Source: Octopus sinensis
Lineage: Eukaryota
Assembly (NCBI RefSeq): GCF_006345805.1
Contig: NC_043000.1
Location: 70,432,001 to 70,496,000, forward strand
DNA: 64,000 bases
Reading direction: 5' to 3'
Shown: piece by piece, positions 39,596-60,600 of the stretch
How the letters are laid out: the number at the start of each line of letters is the position of its first letter
Numbering within the stretch: position 1 is the stretch's first letter
Notes under the pieces: model-generated
Database searches by the model: none
The model's input: the letters and a program-made list of their open reading frames with translations, nothing else
Told to the model about the DNA's origin: nothing
Translations under genes and position numbers: made by a program

Positions 39596-41768
39596 ATTGT
39601 CCAAAAGATTGTGTTGATTAACCTTTGTTATACAGTATTATTTTCTAAATTCTAAACACTGATTTTGATGAAAATAGCAACAAATTTTTTTCAACATTTA
39701 CATTTTTATTCTTGGGTGGTCGCTGGAAATATCAAAAGACAGAGAAAAGTTTTATTTGCACATTTATCCTCCAAATGTAAAAATTTAATACAGTTACTAA
39801 AAACGATACTGGCTGAAGAGTTTTATTATTAGATTTTCAAAAATACGCTTAAACACATTTTAGCATTAATAAAACAGTTCCAGTGATCAAAGTGCCTGAC
39901 CAAAAAGGATGGTCACAATAATATAATTCTTATTATAATTCTTTTAGAATAAGAAATTCTTTTTTCCACAATTTATTTAAATAGATTATTATGTGTATGT
40001 GTGTGTATCTATGTGTGTATGTGTGTGTGCGTATGTGTGTGTGCGTGCGTGTAGGCGCCCCAGGAGCATTGACCAGTAGTCAATAATGATGTTAGGACGG
40101 CATTAAGCAGCAGCAATCCGTCGTCTTGTGGAGAGGGGAAGTTGACGCAGAGGAAAGTTGAGCACAATAGGGAAAAGAGAAAGCAGTGCCCCAAAATGAG
40201 AAGTAAGCACTAACAGAAAACATCAAAAACGGGTGATGGGAGCAACCTCTCGAAAACAACAATGATGTCCCTCTGGAGAGTAATCCTGAAGGCAATGGTG
40301 AGAGGACTATGAACTGAGGTTCAGCATTCTTCGAAGATCGAACCAACATCTAAGGGATAAAAATCACATATCTGTAGTGCTGGTGTTTTCTGTAGATGTA
40401 TTGGTTACTGAATCAAAGATTGTTGGGGTTGGAATATAACAGACACTCGAAGGACAGACGTTGGTACACTAGTAGAACAGTGTTGCAAAACTGAAAAACG
40501 AGTGTTGTAAAAATGTTGGTTATCTTCCTCAACCCATTCATTCCATTAAAAAAAAATGCTAATAGGCACCTACATGGCATCAGTTCGAGTAATAACGGTC
40601 GGCCGGAGGCCTAGAATACACTAACCCGACCTAATCAGTCGCTTCTCACTTGTGTGTGAACGACAAGTCAAAATATTTGTCATGGTTTAATTTATCATGT
40701 TTCTATTATTGTGCTTTGTTACACTATTTATATTTTTATTTATTTCTCAGCAATTGTGTTTTCTATTACCCACTTTAATCGTTTTACACCTTTCTCCCAT
40801 TCCTTCGTTTTGATATACCTTGATTGTCCCATTTCACATTATATTTTATTGTATCATTTCGAGCTCTTAGTGACTAATAAAGAAAACATAATTATCATTT
40901 GTTGACATGACAGGCGAAGCACTGCGAAATTTTGTTAATTTTTACATCCAACACATGTCAGATTTATTGTCTCATTGTATTTGCAACTCACTGAGTCTCT
41001 GAGTAGACTTTTTTAATAACTCCTCTGGAAGACGATATTTCATTATTAGCAGTGACATTTGTTTACAATTAGCAACAGAAGCAGCAGGAAGACAAGATTA
41101 CTACAGCGGGAGTAGTCACGTACCTTTAAGAACGATAACAGTGATAATAGATCTGTAGTGATCCTACAACGGCGCGCTCGCGCACGGTCCATTCGTATTT
41201 CGCGCGTGTTGGTGCCTTTACCAAGGCAGAGAAAGGAAGGGCCCTCTCGCGCATGCGCGAACCACCGGAAGCACGACCCGCTTGCCTATCGTGGTAGTTA
41301 GCGAGGCAAGGGGGTCGTAGAAGTTTGACCACTAGCAGCAGTCATCGGGGACTTGGGACCCAGCGATTGAAGGCGGCGGTCACGCATATATTCTCTCCGG
41401 TTGATAGCAGCAGTCGGCCGAATACCCTTAACCAAATTGTTGCCGACCACTTTCAACTTCCCTGTTCGACGCCATCTTGACCCCTTTCTGTTTTGGGGCT
41501 GAAGATTGTAAATATTACAATCTATTAACTTTCAGCCTTGCGCGCCCAGAATCAAGGACATCAGATAACACACTTATTGTTATTGTTAACAAGAAAGAGA
41601 ATAAAGTAGTTATATATATTTCACGTCTGCGTCTTGTTGTTTCTGACTAGTAGAGATTCTGGATAATTAACGAACGGATAATTAACGAACGAGGAGTGAT
41701 TGCTTTCTTGTACCCCGAAAGTACAAGAACAGATATTTATTCACACTCACACATCAAGTTCGTTTCAC

Positions 41769-41788
41769 TGGTGACCTCCCGACGTGAT
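41769..41788 (+). promoter_or_regulatory. Primer-binding site, tRNA-Trp-like
   Basis: TGGTGACCtcCCGACGTGAT versus the expected complement of the tRNA-Trp 3' end, TGGTGACCCCGACGTGAT (2-nt insertion). Lies 1 nt after the 5' LTR. Confidence 0.75.
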
Positions 41789-43307
41789 TCTGGTCTAAAA
41801 CCAGAGATCACTTATCAACAAAAAAAAATCCAGTTTTTCTGCGAAGTCGGAACACGATTTAACTCTACGCATTCATCTTTCGACGATTTGTTTCCGGTCA
41901 CCACAAACAGTTGTAGAAGGAGCCTTTTTCTTATTCTACAGCCATGATGACGAACGCCATCATATATTCGATGCCTTTTCTCCACCTTCGTCATCATCAT
42001 CGTCGTCTTTCTACTTCACGTCGTCGCTATCTTCGTCGCCATCATCACTAAGAACGATGTTGTCCCAAGTCCACTACAGTCGCCTTCCACCACCAACGTC
42101 GCCTTTCAACACCGTCGACCTCCACCAAGATGTACATAGCAACTCGCGGAAGTTTGGTCCACTTGCCGTTTGTGCATTAGCACACCAAGAATTCACAGCC
42201 CAGCACTTTCTACGAGATTTCTTTTGTTCCAGTTAACCTGTCACAGCATCGAAGCCACAACCGTTACACGATATGTGTTCAACCGGCATCTGCATTTTGT
42301 GATTTCAACATTTCTGTTACAGAACGAACTGCTATTGTACATCAGGCTATTACAGACTGGTAAATTAACTCTTGTCTGGAATAGCCCGAGAGACATTTTT
42401 TTCTATGCGCTGTATTTTTTGTATTTTGCTCGCATTCACCTTGTATGTATTTCTGTCGCACACACGTACACACACATAAATGCTCTCTCTCACATACATA
42501 CGTCACACATGCTTTTCTCGCTTGTTTTTTTTCCATGCTAAATTTGCCTTTTGTGGACACCCCTCATTTCTATAGACCCTAGCGGTCACGTATACATAGA
42601 GAGGGTTGTTTGTCCATTATAACGCGCCAGCATGTCATACCTTTGTTCCTGTACGAACGAGGCATATAATCGCTTAACCACTGGCATATTCTTGCTGTTT
42701 TTTGGTCTGGCAAGCACTATTGCATTTCATGCGCCTTTTGCTTCGCACGTGTATTGCCTTGTTTTTTGCAACACGTTTGCGTTAGCCTAATTCTTTTCCC
42801 GACTCATAGACGTCGGATGTTCAAATGCGCTGCGCCGATTTATAGGCGTAATTATTTTTCCCTGTTAGACCACTGTTTGGTCACGTAATTAACAGAAAAT
42901 TATCTGTGTCGCGCATCACACCAGCATGTTTGCACTTTTGCCTTTTGTGTTACTAGCGAGCTTCTGTCAATTCCATTTCCTCTCCTGCAGCAATTGATTT
43001 AACTGCTATTTTGCAGGATCAACCACCTTTAGAGAAGTTGGATTTAATTTCGCCTAGGTTCATTAACTGTGAGTTTTGCATTCCCTCCGCTTCCTACAGC
43101 GGAAGGCTCTATACTTTGTGACGTATACACTTTCATGCATGCACTCTTGATTTTTGCTCATTGAGTATTTTTTCTCTTTTTCCTTTAGTAAATTTCTTGT
43201 GTATGTTATAAATTTTGCCATTATATTATTGTGTGCTATTTGGTTATCTGGTGTCCACCTTGAGTTTTGCAGTCACTACAATAAGTTTCCTTTCGTGCGT
43301 ACGCACT

Positions 43308-43318
43308 GGAGGGGAGCC
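43308..43318 (+). promoter_or_regulatory. Polypurine tract
   Basis: GGAGGGGAG(CC) immediately before the 3' LTR. Confidence 0.75.
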
Positions 43319-44132
43319 TGTAGTGATCCTACAACGGCGCGCTCGCGCACGGTCCATTTGTATTTCGCGCGTGTTGGTGCCTTCACCAAGGCACAGACAG
43401 GGAAGGCCCCTCTCGCGCATGCGCGAACCACCGGAAGCACGACCCTGGCCAAGGCAGGGGGATCGTAGAACGTTTGACCACTAGCAGCAGCAAGCGAGGA
43501 CTTGGGACATGGCTATCGAAGGCAGCGGTCACATATTTTCTCTCTCCGTCAGGACTTGCTTCTAGCAGTCCTTACCAAAAGGGCTTTAACCAAAATTGTT
43601 GCAGACCAACATCGTCTCCATTGTTCGACGCCATCTTGGACCCTTTCTGTTTTTGGCGGCTGGACATTGTGAATATTACAATCGATTTACTTTCAGCCTT
43701 GCGCGCCCCAGAATCAACGACATCAGATAACACACTTATTGTTATTGTTACCAAGAAAGAGAATAAAGTAGTTATATATATTTCACGTCTGCGTCTTGTT
43801 GTTTCTGACGGGCAGAGATTCTGGATTATTAAAGCAACGGCTAGTGAGTGATTGCTTTCTTGTACCCCGAAAGTACAAGATCAGACAAGAACTTTACTCA
43901 CACTAAGTTCGTTTCAGATCGAACTAAAAAGCACAAAATGAACGGTGTGGTCAAGACAAATTCCACCAACAACAAGAGGGTGGCCACACAGGCCAGTGGT
44001 TGAGATCCGTTCGGTGTTACATTACATGGTAGAAATAGCGGCCAAATCTCCTTGAAACAACACATTGCTATCTTAATAGGATGACAGTGTAGTCGCTGGT
44101 ACGTAGGCAGGCAGGCAGGCAAACAGGCAGGC

Positions 44133-44144
44133 AGATAGATAGAT

Positions 44145-44209
<65 letters not shown>

Positions 44210-44260
44210 GACAGACAGAAGGACAGAGGGACACATAGGTAGATAGACAGACAAATAGAA

Positions 44261-44290
<30 letters not shown>
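44133..44290. repeat. (GATA)n tract; first of a series (48490-48617, 50636-50782, 52805-52948, 54969-55095, 56021-56088, 57395-57676, 61255-61363, 62524-62707, 63873-64000)
   Basis: Directly visible. Confidence 0.95.
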
Positions 44291-44291
<1 letters not shown>

Positions 44292-47200
44292 TGTTTCTTT
44301 ATTAGCCACACAGGGCTGCACACAGATAGAACAAATTACAAGGTAGAGCTTTTCTTTTGAAGGTAAAAAAAAAAGAAAAAAAAGGGGGGGTTCGATCAAA
44401 AGGGATCGTAAAAGGAGAGAAAGAGGACAAAAAAAGGGGGGAGAGGAAAAACAATTGATCAATAGGGATCGTTATCACAGAAATCAATATGAAGTGTAAA
44501 GGGGAGGACAGGTGAGGTTTACCCGTGGAAAGAAAAGCCTACGGAAAAGACCACGGTAACCTCGGTCAATGAAGTCACATGTTATATTTCTTTTATTTTT
44601 TTTTTTGCAAATAAGCAACTCTCTGTATTAATTTTTATGGTTCATAGAATCATAGTCAAGGTGGCTTCGTCATTCATACGTGCCATCCTTGCTACATTCA
44701 CCCATCTTTTTTTAAAACATTCACTAGACAAAACTTGCCTCTCTACTCTCACTTTCCTCCTCAAGTGATACTTGAAGAAGTTGATGAGAGATTGACCAGA
44801 GAGGAAAGTGTTTGTCTCTAATCCTTTCAGGCGCGTCCACCAGATACATTCTTTCGCCATAGCCACAAGTATGATAAAAATAGCTCTTCCTTCCCGTTTG
44901 AAGGAAGGAGGCGTGACGATATTAACGATAGACTCAGCTGATAAACCGACACGTCCCACACGTGACAGCAGTCGTTCGACAAAAGCCCACAGGTCGGAAA
45001 TTGCTGGACACTGCACGATTGCGTGCAGAGCGGTTTCGTCGCTCTGCCCGCATCTCGGGCACGTCGGCCCCGTGTTTCTCGAGCCATGCGTATAGAGCTT
45101 ATCCCGAACGGGTAGCGCTTCTCGGTAGCACTGCCAGGCCAGGGATCTCTGGAAGTTGTCCATAGGTCCCGGGCCGAAAGTCGTTTGAAACAGGCGGGTC
45201 AGGTATTCCTCATCGACGCCCAGGTTTGCCCCGAGATCGTCGTCGTACCTCCCCTCCACTAATCCCCTATAGAATGCTTTGGTTGTGTTGAAGTCACTCA
45301 AGGTTGACCCAGGACGGTAGAGTTGCTTGAGAGCAACGCGACACTCGCGGTGCCATTTGCCCTTCCTCGGCCTCTTTTTGATCCACGACTGCAGTTTGGT
45401 CATGGAGACAAGTTGCGGGAATGCGTGCCTCACAAACGGCGACCACACCTGTTCACCGTCATCTACGAAGAGCCGGAGATGTCGCAGTCTCAGCGCGTGT
45501 CTGCGCATCATCAACCACGGCATGCCCAGCCCTCCTTTTAACGGGTGTTGACAGCAAATGGATCGCCTGACCATCGGGACGCATCCTTTCCACAAGACGC
45601 GGAAGATGATGCGTTCTAGTTTGGTGATGGTAGGGTCGGGACAAGGTACGACGGTCAGGCGGTAGTAGATGATGGACGCGATGTACGCGTTCGCCACCTC
45701 CGCCCGACCTTTTAGGGACAGTTTCCTCTCGGCCCATTGCTGGGCGAGAGTGACCACCCTACTCGTTATCTTGAACAACCAGATTGCAACGTTGGTAGAC
45801 TCAACAGGCGTATCGATTGAGGACCCTTATCAACAGAGTCAATTATTTGCCGAGGCTTTTTCAACTATTTTCAAACAAGATGATGGTCGTGAACCCCCTC
45901 CATTTGATAGATCGGTACCTCCAATGCTTCGATTGGTCATCACGCGGGACGAAGTCAAACGTGTTATTCAAGGCCTCGATGTCAACAAGGGTCACGGCCC
46001 TGACGGCATACACCCACGGGTTATCAAAGCGTTGGCTCCGGTCATCTGCGAGCCCTTAACACGACTATTCAATATGTCATTGGCGACGGGTGTTATACCT
46101 GCAGACTGGAGAACAGCAATAATCTGCCCAATTTTCAAGAAAGGGAGCCGCGAAGACCCGCTTAACTACCGACCGGTTTCCCTTACATCAATAATCAGCA
46201 AGATGTTCGAAACCATCCTTAAGAAAAGTATGATGCTCCACCTCCTAAACACAGCCTCTATCTCTGATTCCCAACACGGCTTCGTGCCGAAGAGATCATG
46301 CTTGACCAACTTACTAGTAATGGAAGAATTTGGTGACGCGCATCCTCGATGATAGTGATGCTGTTGACATCGTTTTATTGGACTTTGCCAAAGCTTTTGA
46401 CTCGGTAAACCACCGCCTATTACTTGTCAAGCTTCAAGCATATAGTTTCCATCCGGATATTATACGATGGGCTGGTGCCTTCCTCTCAGATCGCTCCGTC
46501 CAAGTCCAAGTTAATGGTTCGCGGTCCGACGTCTCCAGTGCGAGCAGTGGCGTGCCTCAAGGTTCAGTGCTTGGGCCCTTGTTGTTCTTAGTCTTCATAA
46601 ATGACTTGCCCGACGACCTCACGCAACACACCCTTCTATTTGCCGACGATATCAAACTGGTCGCTCCTCGCGGTAATATAGAGGATCTTCGTCGATGCCT
46701 CCACCAAATTTGGAAGTGGTCTAACGATTGGGACCTGTGTCTGAACGTGTCAAAGTGCTGTCATCTGCCTGTCGGCTCTACTCCTGCAACTCAACTTGAT
46801 TTCGAGCCGGGTCGTCTGCTGCTGGAGAGGACCGATCAGGTAAAGGACCTGGGTATCTTGGTGGATTCCTCCTTTTCGCCTTCGGCCCAGTGCGTCCATG
46901 CTGCCAACAAAGCACGCGGAATTCTGTTCTTGATTCGACGGTCATTCGGAATGCTCACAGCAGCCATATTCCTACCACTCTATGTCACGTTGGTGAGACC
47001 CATATTGGAGTATGGGATTCAAGCCTCTTCTCCTTATCTCCTCAAAGACATACAGCATCTCGAAATAATCCAGAAGCTGGCTACCCGCATGGTTCATAGT
47101 CTCAAAAACTTGTCCTACGAAGAAAGGCTGAGGACGCTCGACCTTTATTCTCTTGAAAAACGCCGCCGCCGTGGTGATCTCATTCTCGCCCACAACATTA

Positions 47201-48489
47201 TTAGCGGAAAGTGTAACCTCTCGAAAGAGCTGTTCTTCACTCCTGCTCCAGAGCGTCGGCTGCGGGGTCATTCCGAAAAGCTCTACCTGCGACGATTTCA
47301 TCTCAATCGAAGGAGAGGAGCTTTCTCCGTCCGGGTTGCGGATCCGTGGAACAAGCTGCCAGACGAGATGGTGAAGATGCCGACGACCGCTTTGTTCAAA
47401 GCCTCCCTGGTCCTCAAGTGGCCTGAACTATTTACATGAACACCACCCTGTACTTAACTCCATGTCCCCCTACATGGCCTTGCTATTTGCTTTTGAGCCA
47501 AATTAACTAACTAACTATCTCGTTCCAGTTCTTCTCCATTTGGAGGTCCGGACCGAACCAGACCCCGAGCAACTCAACCGGGCCGTCAGTCCAGCGTCCC
47601 ACGACGGAGGTACTGGTGGACGGCATGGGCTTGCTTCTCCAGGTGCCGAGCCGCAAGCCCACTGACTTTTCCCGATTGATTTTTGCTCCTGTCACCGCTT
47701 CGTAGTCTTTCAGTGTCTCGCCGACCCGCTCGATGTGCTCGTGGCTTGACACTATGACGGTGACGTCGTCCACGTGTGCAGACACGCTCGTCCCGCATCC
47801 CAGTTCTCGCGGGATGCCCCTCAGAGTCGCCAGCTTCCGCAGTAGTGACTCAAGGGTCAATACGTATAGAAGCGCCGAGAGGGGGCATCCCTGACGGACC
47901 GAAAGTGCAATGTCGAAAGGTCTCGATAGATGTCCATTTACGCGAACTACCGAACAGATGCCTCTGTACAAAGCGGCTATCCAACCGCGGAAAACGTGAC
48001 CGAAGCCAGCCGCTCTGAGGACTGCCTCCAAGTATCGATGGTCTACCCTATCGAAAACTTTCGATTAATCCAAATTGATCAGCGCCCCACCCATGCCAGG
48101 TTCGTTAACTCCCCTGTCTATGATGTAGCGCATCAGGTGGAGGTTGTCATGGATGGTCCGGCCCGGCACGGCGCATATTTGCGCCTTGTCGACCAGTTTC
48201 TCGATGACAAGCGCCAACCTCTTGGCTAACACCTTGGCCAAAATTTTCAAGTCTGCATTAAGCAGAGTGATGGGCCTAAAGTTATCTATTACATTTCCCT
48301 TGTTTAGATCTTTCTTCAGCAGTATTACGGCTCCTCGGCTCACAAAACCAGGAATGCTCCCGTTTTGCTGCCAGTTGCAGTACACCGCTGCCAAGACGTC
48401 TCCAAACAAGTCTGGCATATAACTGTAAAGCTCGTAGACCATCCAAACCCGGCGATTTGTCTCTCGAGCATTCTGCCATCGCGTCCTGC
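44291..48489 (-). mobile_element. Tx1-like LINE variant A, 5' truncated, interrupted by a CR1-like element
   Basis: ORF2 pieces FRPITLLN, GALINLD, QGCPLS and CPRC...HAIVQC; (GATA)n on both sides; host sequence rejoins across 45770/47520. Confidence 0.9.
45771..47515 (+). mobile_element. CR1-like LINE, 5' truncated, nested in Tx1-A
   Basis: GPDGIHP, NYRPVSLTS, LDFAKAFDSV, GVPQGSVLGP, FADDIKL, SLEKRRRRGDLI and RLRGH; one frameshift near 46340; (TAAC)n tail; TATC at both junctions. Confidence 0.88.
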
Positions 48490-48516
48490 AGATAGATAGA
48501 TAGATAGATAGATAGG

Positions 48517-52804
<4,288 letters not shown>

Positions 52805-52812
52805 AGATAGAT

Positions 52813-52853
<41 letters not shown>

Positions 52854-52863
52854 AGATAGATAG

Positions 52864-56088
<3,225 letters not shown>

Positions 56089-56089
<1 letters not shown>

Positions 56090-57393
56090 TGTTTCTTTAT
56101 TAGCCACACAGGGCTGCACACAGATAGAACAAATTACAAGGTAGAGCTTTTCTTTTGAAGGTTTAAAAAAATAAATAAATAAATAAATAAATAAAAATAA
56201 AATAACAAATAAAAAAAAATAAAAAAGGGGGTCGATCAAAAGGGATCGTAAAAGGAGAGAAAGAGGACAAAAAAAGGGGGGTTAAAAAAAAGGGGGGAGA
56301 GGAAAAAAAAAAAATTGATCAATAGGGATCGTTATCACAGAAATGTCAATATGAAGTGTAAAGGGGAGGACAGGTGAGGTTTACCCGTGGAAAGAAAAGC
56401 CTACGGAAAAGACCACGGTAACCTCGGTCAATGAAGTCACATGTTATATTTCTTTTTTTTTTGCAAATAAGCAACTCTCTGTATTAATTTTTACGGTTCA
56501 TAGAATCATAGTCAAGGTGGCTTCGTCATTCATACGTGCCATCCTTGCTACATTCACCCATTTTTTTTAAAACATTCACTAGACAAAACTTGCCTCTCTA
56601 CTCTCACTTTTTTCTTCAAGTGATACTTGAAGAAGTTGATGAGAGATTGACCAGAGAGGAAAGTGTTTGTCTCTAATCCTTTCAGACGCGTCCACCAGAT
56701 ACATTCTTTCGCCATAGCCACAAGTATGATAAAAATAGCTCTTCCTTCCCGTTTGAAGGAAGGAGGCGTGACGATATTAACGATAGACTCGGCTGATAAA
56801 CCGACACGTCCCACACGTGACAGCAGTCGTTCGACATAAGCCCACAGGTGGGAAATTGCTGGACACTGCACGATTGCGTGCAGAGCGGTTTCGTCGCTCT
56901 GCCCGCATCTCGGGCAGGTCGGCCCCGTGTTTCTCGAGCCATGCCTATAGAGCTTATCCCGAACGGGTAGCGCTTCTCGGTAGCACCGCCAGGCCAGGGA
57001 TCTCTGGAAGTTGTCCATAGGTCCCGGGCCGAAAGTCGTTTGAAACAGGCGGGTCAGGTATTCCTCGTCGACGCCCAGGTTTGCCCCGAGCTCGTCGTCG
57101 TACCTCCCCTCCACTAATCCCCTATAGAATGCTTTGGTTGTGTTGAAGTCACTCAAGGTCGACCCGGGACGGCAGAGTTGCTTGAGAGCAACGCGACACT
57201 CGCGGTGCCATTCGCCCTTCTTCGGCCTCTTTTTGATCCACGACTGTAGTTCGGTCATGGAGACGAGTTGCGGGAATGCGTGCCTCACAAACGGCGACCA
57301 CACCTGTTCACCGTCGTCTACATAGAGCCGGAGATGTCGCAGTCTCAGCGCGTGTCTGCGCATCATCAACCACGGCATGCCCAGCCCTCCTTT

Positions 57394-57394
<1 letters not shown>
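56089..57394 (-). mobile_element. Tx1-like LINE variant A', 5' truncated
   Basis: 3' UTR like copy A (gatagaacaaattacaaggtagagc); ORF2 C-terminal half ([13 protein letters not shown]...). Confidence 0.9.
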
Positions 57395-57483
<89 letters not shown>

Positions 57484-57502
57484 GATTGATAGACAGACAG
57501 AC

Positions 57503-57545
<43 letters not shown>

Positions 57546-57608
57546 TAGATAGATAGATAGAGACAGAGAAAAGGACAAAGGGACACAGGTAGGCAGATAG
57601 ATAAATAG

Positions 57609-57651
<43 letters not shown>

Positions 57652-57682
57652 CAACAGATAGATAGACAGACAGATAGACTAT

Positions 57683-60600
57683 TAGGCACAAGTGGTACTT
57701 AAATGAAAACTTAAGAAAAAAACAGGTATGGAAAGACAAATTAAGAAGTTTTAATTAGACACGTAATTAGGAATCAATTAGACTTTCTGCTCCAGCGTCA
57801 ATTACTTCGCAGAAATGTTCACTAAACCCAACTGAATCTATTCATGTCACTTAAGAACCATTTTAGGTATGGATTTCTAATTTGAGAAACATTTTCTACT
57901 AATCACTATACACTAATTAAGGAGGAATATACAAAAACACTGTTTTCAAGCTACGTAATGAATGCAACATACAAACGTGTCTTAGACCCAAAACGTGTTT
58001 TGACAGAGTTTGTCACGTTTTTGTAACGCTTTATCCAATTCATTACTCATATTCATTTGCATTCAGATCATCACAGTACGAACACGCCTGATATTCGTCT
58101 TCCGCTAGTCAACACATTCAGTAAGGGGGCATCAAAAATAAATTATCACAGAGGACCATTTCTCACCTGGCGATCCGGGGCAACCTTCATATTCCCCCGA
58201 TCTCGTCACCTCTCAAACTGATCCCCATGTAATCCCACCTGATTCAGTATTGAATAGTTATGTCTTTACTATCCACAAGGGGCTAAACACAGAGGGGACA
58301 AACAAGGACAAAGGGATTAACAAGGACAAAGGGATTACATCGACCCCAGTGCATAACTGGTACTTAATTTATCGACCCCGAGAAGATGAAAGGCAAAGTC
58401 GACCTCGGCGGAATTTGAACTCGGAACGTAACGACAGACAAAATACGGCTACGCATTTCGCCCGGCGTGTGTGTCCCAGTCGGAAACTGCAGATGTACCC
58501 TCGTTCAGTCAGCCTCCCGTTGTAAGTGATCGCTCATTACACTGTGTTATCTACAGCAGAAAGTCTAAAAAGAGCGCTGAAAGTGAACTGCTACTTCCGC
58601 TCTCAGAGCAAAAATGGCGATCCATCGAAAACGCCTCATCAAAACGCTCAAGTAAAAAAAGATTCCGTACATTCATTTATTACGACATCATCCAAAAGCT
58701 ACCAGAAACATTTTCTGATTTGCACGGATACCACAGTGGTTGTTATAAAGATTTCACAGCTATCACAGATGATGTTCAGCCTCTAGAAACGACTCCTAGT
58801 CCATTACCAAGAAAACGCAAAATACCAACAGTGGTGCCCACATCTTCTGCTGGCATTTACTCAAGTCTGCGTATTCTGTGATTTGAAGCACAAGTCAAAA
58901 GGCAGGAGCGAAGAGAGTCTGACTGCTTGTCAAACTTTCGATGCACAAGAGTCAATTAAATGGGCAGCCACGACAATAGCAGCAAAAAACAATGATGACA
59001 CTGTGCTAAAAAAAAATCGCTGGAATAGATATGATCGCTAAAGAAGTAAAGTACCATCAAAGCTGTAAGAATATTTTCTCCAAGCGCGCGCGGGCATTGA
59101 AGGAAGACAAAACGAGTGAACCAAAAGGACAAGCAATGGAATTACTTTCTGACTACATAAGGGAATACGTACTGAATCAGAAACAACTGGAATTGCTGAC
59201 ATCCCTTTACACATGACATGTCGAATATTGCCAGGATGCCGGGGTTGATACGTTTTCAACAGCTCAGTATTTGAGTAAATGGATCGTGCAAAAATTTGAA
59301 GACAATATCAAAGTATAATCGCCCAAGGGTAAGAAATTAGGTGTGGTAGTCTATTCTGCTGCAGTCCAAGATGACCCAGTAAGAACAGCGTTTGATTTCA
59401 CTTCCTCCCTTGAGCATATCCTCAACCAGGCGTTGCTGTTGTTCCGGAAGGAATTGAGGAGTGTGAAAAAGCGAAACCTGAACTATCCACTGACCACAGA
59501 TGCTTTACTGTACGGAGAGGGGCCCTACTGACTTGGTGAAGACTTTCTACCGGAATTTTTATGATGGTTTTGGCAAGCAAACCCCTAGAACAATACGTCG
59601 TGCTGATGCTGCAAGTCAGGATGCCTTGTTTGTCATTACTCATGGAGCAATCAAACCCCGCAAACACATCACAATGGGTATGGGTATGAAAGCTATGACA
59701 GAAAGGTGGTCACCCTCTTGAACCGTTATGGCTACAGCATCAATTATCATTGCGCAGAGGAACAAGAGACTGAGTTGGCCTTTGCCCACAATGTGAAGCA
59801 AACCATCATCCCCGATGGTGTACAACCAAACCGAGTAATGGGGAATGCCTATGATAATTATGACAAACTCACCTACACTCTATCAGGTGCCGCATTGAAC
59901 TTTTGCAACAATACCAACGTAAATGTTTCAATTCGTCGTTGATTTCTAACAGCCAGTGTGCATTTATGTGACATTTTTGTCCAAGGGGTAAGTTGTCCTT
60001 TGTTGTAGTTTTAATTCAATTTTTGTTTGTAAAAGGTTCCATTTTTGTGAAGTTTGTGAGGGACAAGTCACCTTTAAGAGAAAAATTACTACTTTAAAAT
60101 TTTTATTCGAATGAACGAAAGCGACATGCATTATGTGCTGACAGAAGTCAGCATCAGTAATGGAAGAAGGATTCCGATACCATGTAATGGAAAATCAACA
60201 TTTTTTTCAGTTAAAGGTGTTTTTCCATATTCAATAGAGGGAGATATGTTAATTAGTCAAAATGCTTCTTAAATTAGGGATCCATACCTATCATTCTTAC
60301 ATACTATGATTATATTCAGTTTGACGAGCCGAATATTTTTGTGAAAGAATTTACACCGGAGCAGAAAGTCTAATTGAGACCTAATTAACGATCTAATTAA
60401 AGATTTCTTATTGTCTTCCAATACCTGGCATGTTTCTTAATTTCTTCCTTCCATGTCGACTGGGTCAACTGGGTCTAAGTCATGTTTCTATGTTGCATTC
60501 ATCACGTAGCTTGAAAACAGTGTTTCTGTATGTTTCTTCTTAATTAGTGTATAGTGATTAGTAGAAAATGCTTCTCAAATTAGAAATCCATACCTAAAAT

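Larger units (their letters stand above)
41154..43916 (+). mobile_element. Complete non-autonomous LTR retrotransposon (Gypsy-like cis signals)
   Basis: LTRs TGTAGTG...TTTCA at 41154-41767 and 43319-43916; perfect 4-bp TSD GATC (41150-41153, 43917-43920); PBS and PPT present; non-coding 1.55-kb interior. Confidence 0.9.

Noticed and set aside
40050-40500. Higher-GC unique stretch as a possible exon
   Set aside because: No convincing ORF or motif; needs RNA-seq or a translated search.
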